Positions 9,661 to 19,032 of a stretch of DNA of 64,000 bases are shown here, piece after piece. Source of the DNA: Myxococcales bacterium (GTDB lineage: Bacteria; Myxococcota_A; UBA9042; JABWCM01; BTVJ01). Both the position numbers and the translations under genes were made by a program. Within the stretch, counting starts at the first letter, position 1; every line of letters starts with the position of its first letter. The DNA lies in assembly GCA_045863395.1 (NCBI GenBank), contig BTVJ01000040.1, positions 1-64,000 on the forward strand, written 5' to 3'. Under the pieces are notes generated by a model that did no database searches, was not told where the DNA came from, and was given only the letters and a program-made list of their open reading frames with translations.

Positions 9661-9820
9661 GTCCTCTCCGCGTCCTGGCTGGGGGTCGAGCCCGGACAAG
9701 CCTCACGCGCCGCGGCGGCCGTGTCAAGGCTTGGCCCGCTCGCTTGCGGGCGATCCGGGGACTCCCTATCCTGTGCATCCCTGGGCGCCACCGTGAGCGC
9801 CACGTCCCCCGGAGGTCTCC

Positions 9821-10396
9821 ATGCAATCCATCCTGCGGCTGGCTACAGCCCGCAGCTATCGCCTGGCCGCCCTGTTGGGCATCGTCCTGGCGGCGGTCCC
9901 CGCCCGCGCCACCGTCGTGGTCTCCATGGACGTGGAGCAGCTCGCCGCTGCGGCGACCGCCGTGGTCCACGGTACGGTCCTGGACACCCGCGCCGAGGAC
10001 GACCACGGCCGGGCGTTCACCCGCGTGGAGGTGAAGGTCCGCGAGCAGCTCAAGGGCCCCGCGGCCACCTCGCCGGATCGCGTGACCATGCGCGTCGTCG
10101 GGGGCTCCCTCGGCGGCTACTCCCAGGTCGTACCGGGCGCACCCCAGCTCACCGTGGGCGACGAGGTGGTGCTCTTCCTCTGGTCGCCGGGGCCAGGCCA
10201 GCCCTACCGCCCCTTGGGGCTCGCCATGGGGACCTTCCACGTGGAGCGCCGGGGCAAGGTCGTGGAGGCGGTCAGCCGCCGCGACGGCCTCGCGGCCGCC
10301 CGCGCCGACGACCCGGGGCACCCCGACCTCGCCGACGAGCGTCTGCCGCTGACCTCCCTACTGCAGCGAGTCCGGGCGGTCGGGGGCTCCCGATGA
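9821..10396 (+). CDS. Secreted protein of the type paired with myxobacterial matrixins
   Basis: Signal peptide ending ARA-T; ATVVVSMDVEQLAAAATAVVHGTV...GDEVVLFL pattern; ATGA overlap with the matrixin. Confidence 0.7.
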   Translation: MQSILRLATARSYRLAALLGIVLAAVPARATVVVSMDVEQLAAAATAVVHGTVLDTRAEDDHGRAFTRVEVKVREQLKGPAATSPDRVTMRVVGGSLGGYSQVVPGAPQLTVGDEVVLFLWSPGPGQPYRPLGLAMGTFHVERRGKVVEAVSRRDGLAAARADDPGHPDLADERLPLTSLLQRVRAVGGSR

Positions 10397-11238
10397 TCCG
10401 GCTCGTCTCGGCATGCGCCGTCGCGCTGTTCGTCGCCCGTCCTGCGCAGGCCTTCGTGGTCTATGACACGGGCTCCCAGGCCAAGATTGGCTGCGGCATC
10501 CCGCAGCCCCAGGTCCTTCACTGGGAGCGGTCCGCGATCCCCTACCACCTCGCGGTCGACAAGTCGGGGGGGCTCGACCTGGACGACGTGGAGGACACGG
10601 TGAAGCTGTCCTTCGACGCCTGGGCGGAGCCCGTCTGCTTCACAGATGGGCGCACCCTGCGCTACGATGGGCGCGTACCCTCCGCAACTGTTGGTTTTGA
10701 CGCAGCGCCTGGCGCCAAGAACGTCAACGCGGTGCTGTTCGTCGACTCCGGCTGGTCCCACGGCCCCGGCGTCCTCGGCCTGACGACCCTCACCTACGAC
10801 CGCTGCGGCGGCGTCATCGTGGACGCGGACATCGAGCTGAACGACCAGGAGTTCGACTTCTCCGTGTCCGCCGTCCCGCCCACCGGACGCACGGACCTCC
10901 GCAACACCGTGACCCACGAGGCGGGCCACTTCCTCGGCCTCGACCACTCCAAGCTGCCCAAAGCAACCATGTATGCGAAGGCGCCGTCAGGTGAGACCAT
11001 CAAGCGCGATCTCGAGCAGGACGACATCGACGGCCTGTGCAGCATCTACGAGGGGCTCGCGACCTGCGACGTCGACTGCGACGGGCCCTCGGGATCGACG
11101 TCGGGCGGGGGAGGCGGGGGGTGCGCAGGAGCTGGAGGCGGGGCAGGGCCGGCGGCGCTGCTGCTCCTCGCCCTCACACGTGCTTTCCGAGCCAGTCGAC
11201 GACGTCCTGGAGGGGCTGCTCCCGCTCCACCTCGTTGA
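10393..11238 (+). CDS. Matrixin (M10-like) zinc metalloprotease with a MYXO-CTERM-like sorting tail
   Basis: HEAGHFLGLDHS plus Met-turn ATMY; DADIELND; tail GGGGCAGAGG-hydrophobic-RRR. Confidence 0.88.
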   Translation: MIRLVSACAVALFVARPAQAFVVYDTGSQAKIGCGIPQPQVLHWERSAIPYHLAVDKSGGLDLDDVEDTVKLSFDAWAEPVCFTDGRTLRYDGRVPSATVGFDAAPGAKNVNAVLFVDSGWSHGPGVLGLTTLTYDRCGGVIVDADIELNDQEFDFSVSAVPPTGRTDLRNTVTHEAGHFLGLDHSKLPKATMYAKAPSGETIKRDLEQDDIDGLCSIYEGLATCDVDCDGPSGSTSGGGGGGCAGAGGGAGPAALLLLALTRAFRASRRRPGGAAPAPPR

Positions 11239-12010
11239 ACAGCTCGTGGTACAGGTCATCGTAGGATCGCCACTCCTTGTCCGTGGCGCTGATGAGCTCG
11301 TAGACCTGCCGGCTCGTCTCCGCGTCGACGACCTTGTCCGCTCCCGCCTGGAGCATCAGGGTCGGCGTCTGGATCTGGCCTGCGTATCGCAGCAGCTCCC
11401 CTTGGGCCCGCATGGCCTCCGTAAACCAGCGCGCCGTCGCGTTCTTGAAGACCAGCGGGTCGGCGTCGTAGGCCTCGGCGAAGGCCACGTCGTGGGTGAG
11501 GTCCCGCCCACTGAGGCCGCTGGGCAGCCCAAGCGTCGGCCAGAGCCGCGACATGACCCTCCCGAGGAGCTCTTTGACCTTGGGTACCTCCAGGGCCAAC
11601 CCCAGGAAGGGCGACGAAAGGACGGCGCCCTCGATCCCCTCCGGGTGGCGCAGGAGGTAGGTGAGCACGACCAGGCCGCCCATGCTGTGGCCCACCAGCA
11701 CGAGCTTCTGGTCGGGGTAGCGCTCGACGAGCAGGTTGACCGCGGTCTCCAGGTCGTCGACATACGCGCCGAAGTGCTCCACGAACCCGCGGTGTCCCCC
11801 GGAGCGCCCGTGTCCTCGCAGGTCGACGCCGGCGCAGGTGTAGCCGCGGGAGACGAACCAGTCGAAGACATGTGAGTACCGGCCGACGTGGTCGGCGTAC
11901 CCGGGCACGAACAGCAGCACCGCTCGGGCCGCCGGGTGCGGCGACAGGACATAGGACAGGCGCGTGCCGTCACGGGACGTCAGGTTTCCGGTCTCCACGG
12001 TCCGCTCCAT
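11174..12010 (-). CDS. Lysophospholipase/monoacylglycerol lipase-type alpha/beta hydrolase
   Basis: GYADHVGRY, DLRGHGRSGG, GHSMGG nucleophile elbow, YHELFNE. Confidence 0.9.
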   Translation of the reverse strand: MERTVETGNLTSRDGTRLSYVLSPHPAARAVLLFVPGYADHVGRYSHVFDWFVSRGYTCAGVDLRGHGRSGGHRGFVEHFGAYVDDLETAVNLLVERYPDQKLVLVGHSMGGLVVLTYLLRHPEGIEGAVLSSPFLGLALEVPKVKELLGRVMSRLWPTLGLPSGLSGRDLTHDVAFAEAYDADPLVFKNATARWFTEAMRAQGELLRYAGQIQTPTLMLQAGADKVVDAETSRQVYELISATDKEWRSYDDLYHELFNEVEREQPLQDVVDWLGKHV

Positions 12011-12050
12011 GTGCTCCTCCGTCGTTGTGTCCCACCCTGGCCCGCCACGC

Positions 12051-12131
12051 ATGGTTGGGTGTGAGCGCCTGGTTGTCAATGCGCCACGGACGCACGCGCC
12101 ACCGTTGACATCGCCGCCGGGCCGTGACAAT
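12051..12131. promoter_or_regulatory. Candidate divergent sigma70-type promoters for the hydrolase and recN
   Basis: TTGACA on the minus strand at 12074-12079 and on the plus strand at 12105-12110, with weak -10 elements (AACCAT; GACAAT at a short 15-nt spacer). Confidence 0.35.
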
Positions 12132-12162
12132 AGGCGCGGTGCCACAGCCCAGGAGGCGGGAC

Positions 12163-13857
12163 ATGCTCGCGTCGCTTCGTGTCCGGAGCTTCGCCATCAT
12201 CGACGAGCTCGAGCTGGAGCTGCGGTCCGGTCTCAACGTCCTCACGGGGGAGACCGGCGCCGGCAAGTCCATCCTCGTCGGGGCGCTCGATCTGCTGCTC
12301 GGGGGGCGCGCCCTCGCCGACGTGGTCCGCCAGGGCGCGGAGGAGGCGACCGTCGAGGGCCTCTTCCGCCTCACCGATGAGCGTGCGCGCCAGGCGCTGC
12401 GCGACGCGGACCTTGCGGATCCCGATGACCCGTCCGTCATGTTGGTCCGACGCGTGGTGGCCCGCTCGGGCCGCAACCGGATCCACGTCAACGGGAACAT
12501 GGCGACCGCAGCGATGCTGCGGGACGTGACGCGCCGCCTGGTCGACCTCTCAAGCCAGCACGCACAGTACGCGCTCCTGGATCCGGCAGGCCACCTGGAG
12601 GTCCTCGACCGCTTCGGGGCCCTGGACGCGCATCGGGCGACCTACGTGGCTGCCTACGCCGACCTCCGGCGCCTGGAGGCCGAGCGTGCCGAGCTGCGCC
12701 GTGCGGAGCGCGAGCGCCTGGAGCGGGAGGACTTCCTCCGCTTCCAGCACCAGGAGCTGGCGGACGCGGCGTTGGTGCCAGGTGAGGACGACTCCCTCGA
12801 AGGGGAGCGCCGCCGGCTCGCCAACGCAGAGCGCCTGCGCCAGGGCGCCACCGCCGTCCTGGAGGGTCTGGGCGGGGGGCGCAGCAACGCCGTCGCCAGC
12901 CTCGTCGAGGCAGAGCGCGCGCTGCGGGACCTGGTCTCCGTCGATGGCACACTGGCGCCGCTTCGGTCGCGTCTGGAGTCCGCCCGCATCGAGGTCGAGG
13001 ACGTCGCCTTCGAGGTGCGCCGCTATGTCTCATCGGTGGATGGTGACCCAGCCAGGCTGGCGGCCATCGACGAGCGCCTGGACCTGATCCGGCGCATCAA
13101 GCGCAAGTACGGCGCCTCCATCGAGGAGATCCTGCGCAGGATGGCCGAGATCGGCGCAGAGCTCGACCGCTTCAGCACCGCCGAGGAGCGCATTGCCGAG
13201 CTTGACCGCCAGATCGTCGCGAGCCGCCAACGGGTCATCGCTCTGGGCGACGCCCTGTCGACGGCCCGGAAGGAGGCCGCGGTTCGCCTCGCCCACCTGG
13301 TGGAGGAGGAGCTCCGTTCTCTCGCCATGGGCCGCTGTCGCGTCCGGGTGGCGGTCGACCCGGCAGGCGCGAGCCCCGAGGCGTCCATTGGCCCGACCGG
13401 TCTCGACACGGTGGAGCTGCTCGTCTCCACCAACACGGGGGAACCACACAAGGCGCTTGCGCGCTCGGCGTCGGGGGGCGAGCTCAGCCGCATCCTCCTG
13501 GCGCTGAAAGGCGTGCTGCTGGGATCGGACCCCGTCTCCACGTCCATCTTCGATGAGGTGGACGCCGGGGTGGGTGGGGCGGTCGCCGAGATCCTGGGCA
13601 GGAAGCTCAAGAAGGCGAGCCTTGGCCGACAGGTCCTGTGTATCACTCACCTGCCGCAGGTGGCTGCCTATGGCGATCACCACCTGCGCGTGGAGAAGGG
13701 AGAGGTGGACGGCCGCACCGTCACGCGCGTCTCGGCCCTGGACGCGGCGGGCCGCGCCGAAGAGATCGCCCGCATGCTCGGGGGGCTGACCATCACGCGG
13801 CGTACCCAGGAGCACGCCCACGAGATGCTCAGGCTCGCCGCGTCGGCGGAGGTGTGA
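12163..13857 (+). CDS. recN: DNA repair protein RecN
   Basis: LNVLTGETGAGKSIL Walker A, long coiled coil, SASGGELSRILLALK, IFDEVDAGVGG, CITHLPQVA. Confidence 0.97.
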   Translation: MLASLRVRSFAIIDELELELRSGLNVLTGETGAGKSILVGALDLLLGGRALADVVRQGAEEATVEGLFRLTDERARQALRDADLADPDDPSVMLVRRVVARSGRNRIHVNGNMATAAMLRDVTRRLVDLSSQHAQYALLDPAGHLEVLDRFGALDAHRATYVAAYADLRRLEAERAELRRAERERLEREDFLRFQHQELADAALVPGEDDSLEGERRRLANAERLRQGATAVLEGLGGGRSNAVASLVEAERALRDLVSVDGTLAPLRSRLESARIEVEDVAFEVRRYVSSVDGDPARLAAIDERLDLIRRIKRKYGASIEEILRRMAEIGAELDRFSTAEERIAELDRQIVASRQRVIALGDALSTARKEAAVRLAHLVEEELRSLAMGRCRVRVAVDPAGASPEASIGPTGLDTVELLVSTNTGEPHKALARSASGGELSRILLALKGVLLGSDPVSTSIFDEVDAGVGGAVAEILGRKLKKASLGRQVLCITHLPQVAAYGDHHLRVEKGEVDGRTVTRVSALDAAGRAEEIARMLGGLTITRRTQEHAHEMLRLAASAEV

Positions 13858-13873
13858 GCAGGATGTAGTCTGG

Positions 13874-13909
13874 TGGGCGTGGGAAGCCGCGCGCGACTGC
13901 CCACGCCCA
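13874..13909. terminator. GC-rich hairpin between convergent genes (probable bidirectional terminator or stabiliser)
   Basis: TGGGCGTGGGAAGCCGC-GC-GCGACTGCCCACGCCCA: 17-bp arms with 2 mismatches; no U-tract. Confidence 0.55.
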
Positions 13910-13918
13910 TGCCGACGA

Positions 13919-16393
13919 TCAGTCCTCGCGCAGGAACTTGGGGATGGGAACCAGCGAGCGCCGGTTGTAGGCGGAGAGCACCTTGCGCGTGGCCTTCAGC
14001 GGCGCCAGCACCAGCGATGACAAGCTGCGAGGCTCCCGGCCGGAGGCCACGTCGGACCAGGCGTGAAGCGTCTGGGTCGCGATCTGGAGCGGCACCTCCC
14101 ACAGGTGCGGGGGCTCGCTCAGCGCGGCGGGAGCGAGCTCCGCTTCGCGCCACGAGGGTGCAGCAGGCTCGGGCTGTGGCACCCGGTGAGGCGCTGCCTC
14201 CGGGCGCGGCTGCGGCTCGGGCCGGACACGCTCAGGTGCGCGCCGCAGGGTCACTGACGGCTCGTAGCGCTTGGTGGCGCCAGCGTCCAGCACCGCCTCG
14301 ACCCAGCTCTGCAGCTCGCCCTCGTAGGAGGCGAACGGGATCCGCTGCGCCACGCTGCGGCGGACGGCCAGGTTGCCGCCCTCCACCTCGAAGCGGTCCG
14401 GTGAGGTGTCGTGGCGATGATAGGTGCGCCCACGCTCGCCGGGCGCGGCTGCGTCGGGGGCCAACACCGGCCCGGTGACGAGGCCCACCCGCTCATCCTC
14501 GAACAACGCCTCGGTCAGGTTCACGAGCCAGCGGCTGCTGTCTGGCGCGGCGTCCTGGCCGATGAACACCACGATGGCCCCGCGGGCCGCCTGCACTGCC
14601 TGATCCCGCGCCGCCCCGTCCGCGATGGACGCGTCGAGCGAGACGACACGGGCGTTATCCGGGCTGATGGACCGGATGGAGCCGTCACCCGACCCGCAGT
14701 CGACGATGAGCAGCTCGCCCTCCCAGGGGAGGTCCTGACGGACGATGGTCTCTGCGAGGCGCTTGGTGGAGGGGCCCCTCCTGCGCGCCATGATGGCCAC
14801 GGTGATGTCGATGGCGTGGGCCGGTGTCGGGGCCGTGCGTGCCTCGTCTCGGCGCGCCCCGCGGTGGCGGCCACGCTCGGTCTCACCCTGGCGCAGGGCC
14901 TGCTCGATGACCGCCGGATCCACCTCGAGGGCGGCCTCAGCTGCCTGCTCGCGGCGTGGGGCCCTCTCCTCTCCCCGGTCCCTGGTGTCCCGCTCGCGGC
15001 GCTCTCCCCGGTCCCTGCGGTCGCCGCGCTCGCCACGCTCGCCGCGGTCGGAGCGCTCGCCGCGCTCACCGCGCTCCTCCCGATCCCGGCGCCCTCCTCG
15101 GTCTCCACGCTCGTCGCGCTCGCGGCGTGGCCCGCGCTCGTCCCGTGAGCCGCGCTCCGGTTCCGCATCGCCGGACGACGGGGCGTCGGGTGACCCGGTG
15201 AGCCGCTCCTTGAGCTGCGCGACCCGCTCGTCTTCCGCGGCGCGCTCTGCCTCGGTCACGGCGACCGTCTTGCGGCCCGGGCGCAAGTCGAGCACATCTC
15301 CTGGCTTCGGCACCTCGACTGGGTTCTCGTCGCCCGCGTCCTTGCGGAGCGTGAGCTTCTTCGGGGGGAGAACCGGCGTTCCCTTGCGGGCGCCGCGCAG
15401 GTCGATCACCTCCCCGGGCTTCGGTAGCTCGATGTCGTCCCCCGCGCGGTGCAGGGGGACCGACCCACCGCCAACCCGGGGCGGCTCTGGTTCCTGCTTG
15501 GGGGCCCGGGCCTGCGCTGCTGGCTCCTTCCTGGCCTTGGGGGGGGGCGACGTGGGAGCCGGAGCTGTCTCGGTCTCCCGGGCAGCCACCGCGGGGGCAT
15601 CACCCTCGGGTGCCGGGGCCGTCGCGGCGGGAGCTGGCGCCGTCAGCCCCGGCTCGGCTCCCTGTCCCGCCTCGGTCGCCGTGGCCGGCTTCTTCTTCCG
15701 GCGGCGCCGGCGGCGCTTCTTCTTCCCGTCCACGGCAGCTCCCGCCTCTGCGGTCGCTGCACCGTCGCTGTCCTCTCCCTCGTCCTCGTCCTCGTCGCCG
15801 GACCCGTCATCGATGGCGTCCTCCGCCAGGGCGACCCCGTCAAGGGGGAGCTGGACGGCCTCCTCGGCTGGAGCCTTGCCCTTGCGCGCTCCGCGGCCGC
15901 CCCGAGCGGTGGGAGCAGCCTCCAAGGCTGCGGCACCCGCCTCGAGATGTGTCGCTGCCGCCAGGGTCGGCTCGGCGGTCGCCTCAGCGGCGGGCTCCGC
16001 CGGCGTGGTCGACTGCGCCTCCACTGCCAACTCCGTGTCTCTCCGCCGGGCACTCCTGGACTTGGACTTCTTGGCGGGAGCCGCGCCCTCCGCTGCTGCC
16101 GCTGCGTCGGTCGACGGCTCGGGCGCCGCTGCGCTGGCCGCAGCCTCGCTGACGGCTGCGTCCGGCGTCTCCTGCTTCTTGCGCCTTCCGCGGCTGGACT
16201 TCGCCGGCTTGTCGCCCGCCGGAGCCTGCTCGACGCCTGCGTCCTCGGCGGGAGCGGCGATCATCGCCTCGGCGGTCGCTCCCTTCGCGCTCTTGGTGGC
16301 CTGACGCGGCGCCTTCTTCGGCTTCGCGCTCGCCTTCTCGCCCTGCGAGGTGCCCTCGGAGGGGCCCGCGGGCTTGGTCTCTTCAGATGTCAT
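13919..16393 (-). CDS. Family 2 glycosyltransferase-like domain fused to a long disordered N-terminal region (over 500 aa)
   Basis: C-terminal ELLIVDCGSGDGS...AARGAIVVFIGQDA...WLVNL...RVGLVTG (rhamnosyltransferase-like xQD); N-terminus has Ala/Pro-rich, acidic, polybasic and RGE-repeat blocks. Confidence 0.7.
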   Translation of the reverse strand: MTSEETKPAGPSEGTSQGEKASAKPKKAPRQATKSAKGATAEAMIAAPAEDAGVEQAPAGDKPAKSSRGRRKKQETPDAAVSEAAASAAAPEPSTDAAAAAEGAAPAKKSKSRSARRRDTELAVEAQSTTPAEPAAEATAEPTLAAATHLEAGAAALEAAPTARGGRGARKGKAPAEEAVQLPLDGVALAEDAIDDGSGDEDEDEGEDSDGAATAEAGAAVDGKKKRRRRRRKKKPATATEAGQGAEPGLTAPAPAATAPAPEGDAPAVAARETETAPAPTSPPPKARKEPAAQARAPKQEPEPPRVGGGSVPLHRAGDDIELPKPGEVIDLRGARKGTPVLPPKKLTLRKDAGDENPVEVPKPGDVLDLRPGRKTVAVTEAERAAEDERVAQLKERLTGSPDAPSSGDAEPERGSRDERGPRRERDERGDRGGRRDREERGERGERSDRGERGERGDRRDRGERRERDTRDRGEERAPRREQAAEAALEVDPAVIEQALRQGETERGRHRGARRDEARTAPTPAHAIDITVAIMARRRGPSTKRLAETIVRQDLPWEGELLIVDCGSGDGSIRSISPDNARVVSLDASIADGAARDQAVQAARGAIVVFIGQDAAPDSSRWLVNLTEALFEDERVGLVTGPVLAPDAAAPGERGRTYHRHDTSPDRFEVEGGNLAVRRSVAQRIPFASYEGELQSWVEAVLDAGATKRYEPSVTLRRAPERVRPEPQPRPEAAPHRVPQPEPAAPSWREAELAPAALSEPPHLWEVPLQIATQTLHAWSDVASGREPRSLSSLVLAPLKATRKVLSAYNRRSLVPIPKFLRED

Positions 16394-16469
16394 GGATCTA
16401 CTTTCCGTTCGGGGTGGGTGTGGGGATTCACGGTTGGCGGTGGGCGGCTCGCTGAGGAATGGAGCGCCG

Positions 16470-17057
16470 CTACCGCTCGATGTCGATGAAAACGTAGTTG
16501 CCTTCCTGCTTGTACAGGTATCCGCTCGGGCTGTCCAGGGTGATGATCACCCGCGCGATCAGCCCCCCCTTGTTGCGGATGACGCGCGCCTCGACCCCCT
16601 GCACCGGCGAATCGAAGCGGCTGGTGTCGAGCCGACGCTTGTCATTGTCGACGGGGACCCCCGCCTCCGGGAAGTCCACCTGGATGTGCAGCGGATCGGG
16701 CTTGTGGATGGTGTAGGCCGTCACCCTGTCCGTCTGGATGAAGACGCGCGAGAACAGGGAGCGCTGCTGGAACCCCACCCAGGTGATTGCGGGCGCCTTG
16801 CCCCCTGGTCGCCCCGCCTTGAGGCCAGCGACGAAGCGGTCCCGGACCTCCGGGATGATGCCGCCATAGTGGCGCCTCTCATAGATCTCGCCGCTCTCGT
16901 CGACCACCACCTCGATGGTCACGTCATCTCCGGCGCGTTCCCCGCTGCCGCCAGGCTGCGTGGCGAGGGTGTCGGGCACGGAGATCTGCTGGGCGATGGG
17001 CGCGCCGCCCCCGAGGAGGGCGGCGCAGGCCAATGCGAGCATGAGAGGGCGCTTCAT
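16470..17057 (-). CDS. Secreted AMIN-like domain protein
   Basis: Signal peptide MKRPLMLALAC; SRVFIQTD...IQVDFPEA...LDTSRFDSPVQGVEA...ARVIITL resembles AMIN. Confidence 0.65.
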   Translation of the reverse strand: MKRPLMLALACAALLGGGAPIAQQISVPDTLATQPGGSGERAGDDVTIEVVVDESGEIYERRHYGGIIPEVRDRFVAGLKAGRPGGKAPAITWVGFQQRSLFSRVFIQTDRVTAYTIHKPDPLHIQVDFPEAGVPVDNDKRRLDTSRFDSPVQGVEARVIRNKGGLIARVIITLDSPSGYLYKQEGNYVFIDIER

Positions 17058-17110
17058 CCTGGTCGCCTTCGGGTGGTCGGCGGGGTGGCCCCCCGGGTGG
17101 CCGAGAGGAA

Positions 17111-17749
17111 TCAGAACGTGGTGGCCGAGTCCTGCTTGGCCGCGTCCGCCTCGCTGAGCGTCAGCGTGATCTCGCCGCCGGCCTTCGCCTCGATGTCCAC
17201 CGCCAGGGTGTCGTTGTCCCAGATGCCGTTGATGGTGTCGCCGGCGCGGACGCTGTCGAGCTTGCTGCCCGTCGTCTTCGTGCTGGTGTAGATCACGACC
17301 TGATCGCCCACGCGGGCCGGCGTCGTGCTCTCGAAGGTGATGTTCAGGATGCCGCCGTTGAGGGAGAGGAAGTCCGCCGCCGCGCCCGGGGCCCCGAGGA
17401 CCGCGGCCGGGTTCGCGAAGTCGTTCTGGCAGACCTTCCCGTCGTCCCACACCTGCGCGCCTGCGTAGACGATGCTGTCGTCGGGCTTCACCAGCCCGAC
17501 GCCGGCCACGTCGGCGCCGGGAGCGAACTCGCCCTCCGGCGTCTTGGATGAGTCGCAGTTGGCCAGGTCGCTCTGCTGGAGGTCGTCGGCGAGCTGGAGG
17601 GCCGGCGCTACGACGGCCCGGTTGTCCTGCTGGCCGCCGCCGCCCGTCGTGGCGTCCGCGTCGTTGGTGGTGTCGCAGGCGGCGATGGCCAGGAGGCCCG
17701 CCATGCCGATGCCCAGGGTGGAGAGCTTGCTGCCGCGAAGTGCCTTCAT
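17111..17749 (-). CDS. Hypothetical lipoprotein
   Basis: Lipobox LAIAAC; strongly GC3-biased codons; RBS GAGGAG upstream. Confidence 0.75.
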   Translation of the reverse strand: MKALRGSKLSTLGIGMAGLLAIAACDTTNDADATTGGGGQQDNRAVVAPALQLADDLQQSDLANCDSSKTPEGEFAPGADVAGVGLVKPDDSIVYAGAQVWDDGKVCQNDFANPAAVLGAPGAAADFLSLNGGILNITFESTTPARVGDQVVIYTSTKTTGSKLDSVRAGDTINGIWDNDTLAVDIEAKAGGEITLTLSEADAAKQDSATTF

Positions 17750-17822
17750 GTTGATTCTCCTCGAATCATGGGTTGCCTGTCCGACCAGGTGCGCGGCCGA
17801 GACGCCGCGCCCCAGCCTTTGT

Positions 17823-18749
17823 TCATCTCGCCTTGGGAAAGTCCTTCGCCCGGTCGATGAGCGCCTGCAGCGCAGGGTTGTCCGGGAGGGTCCCTACGAT
17901 GCGCTCCTCCCCGTTGCGCCGGGTCATCTTCACGAGCAGATCCGCCACGTTCGTTCCGCTCAAGTGCTGCAAGCTGCTCACGCCCGCTCTCACCATCAGC
18001 AGGGCCAGATCCGGGTCCAGCTCTCCCATGCGCGTCAGGTCGACCATCGCGTAGAGTGTCGCGAGGTCGTCGTCTGAGAGCTTCCGCTTCTTCTGGAACG
18101 CGACCCGCTTGCCACCCGTCCCGAGGTCGCTCGCAGCGTCCAGGTTGGTCGCCCACTTCTCCTTCGTCGCGGCGGCGCGCGCCGCCAACGACAGACCGGG
18201 CAGCAGATCCAGGTCGATGGCCCGCTCTTGGGTCGACTTCACTACTTTGAAGCCGGCGGCCTGGGCCTCCTTCGCCCACTCCTCGACCTGCGCCAGGCTC
18301 GGCACGCGGCCCTGGCTCGTCTCATCGGGGCCAGGGGGCTCGCTCTCGCTCGCGGTGATGCGCCGCCACAGGCAGCTTCGCACCGCGGCGGGCTCCGCCA
18401 TCGCCAGGAGCTCCCACGAACCAGCGCCACAGCGCCCGAGGTGAACCGCCATATCGGCGTTGACCCCCTTCCAGCCCATGACCTCCGCCCAGCCGAGGAT
18501 CTCGTCGAGTCTGGCCCGCGAGAGCGCGAGCGTCTTGGCCAGCGCGTTCTTCGCCTTGTCGTCGAGGGGGACCGCGCGGCGGCGGAGGTCGACGCTCGTG
18601 CGGAAACCGTGGCCCGAGAGGGCCGCGTTCTCCTGGAACGAGATCTCGGGCATCGCCTCGATGGTCACGTCGTCCCCGAGCGCCGCCAACGGCACCATGA
18701 CGAACACCAGACCTACCGCGAGCGAGTGCGTCAACCGAGCTGACCTCAA
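17823..18749 (-). CDS. Secreted DUF4332-like (helix-hairpin-helix) protein
   Basis: C-terminal DLTRMGELDPDLALLMVRAGVSSLQHL...LPDNPALQALIDRAK matches the DUF4332 pattern; an internal LPS/VPSLAQVEEWAKEA copy; signal peptide; TTG start. Confidence 0.6.
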   Translation of the reverse strand: MRSARLTHSLAVGLVFVMVPLAALGDDVTIEAMPEISFQENAALSGHGFRTSVDLRRRAVPLDDKAKNALAKTLALSRARLDEILGWAEVMGWKGVNADMAVHLGRCGAGSWELLAMAEPAAVRSCLWRRITASESEPPGPDETSQGRVPSLAQVEEWAKEAQAAGFKVVKSTQERAIDLDLLPGLSLAARAAATKEKWATNLDAASDLGTGGKRVAFQKKRKLSDDDLATLYAMVDLTRMGELDPDLALLMVRAGVSSLQHLSGTNVADLLVKMTRRNGEERIVGTLPDNPALQALIDRAKDFPKAR

Positions 18750-18837
18750 AGGCTACCTCTCCCGCGCCTCGGTGCGTCCGAGGGTGGAGCCACCTCGACC
18801 GGCGGCGAGCGTGTGCTATCTAAGCTGTTTCGGCGCG

Positions 18838-18851
18838 GCAAGTCAACTTGC
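18838..18851. promoter_or_regulatory. Palindromic candidate operator GCAAGT-CA-ACTTGC
   Basis: Perfect 6-2-6 inverted repeat in the divergent intergenic region; contains a minus-strand TTGACT. Confidence 0.4.
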
Positions 18852-19032
18852 ACGGCGTCCGTCACGCAGCACCCCGGCAACGCAGTGGCGCCTGTTGACA
18901 CCAAATCGAGAGCCGCAGCGTTCGCAGGCCGGCATCGCGGTCAGGGGACGAGCTCCCGTGGCTCCTCTCGAGGACCGGACTGCGGGCTCGGGGCTTTACA
19001 CAACGGGGCGGCCGGCCGAGAATGGGCCCGCC

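Noticed and set aside
7436..10321. 961-aa ORF call, and similar long N-terminal extensions on rph, matrixin, apbE, btuC, btuF, recQ and alr
   Set aside because: The extensions are off-frame read-through of neighbouring genes in GC-rich DNA; family homology starts at internal start codons with RBS or overlap support
12011..12162. LexA box upstream of recN
   Set aside because: No convincing match to a LexA motif that I can support by eye
15539..15547. G9 run (also G8 at 25568 and C9 at 56883) as phase-variation tracts
   Set aside because: Short enough to occur by chance in Pro/Gly codons at this GC content, and not near 5' ends of surface genes
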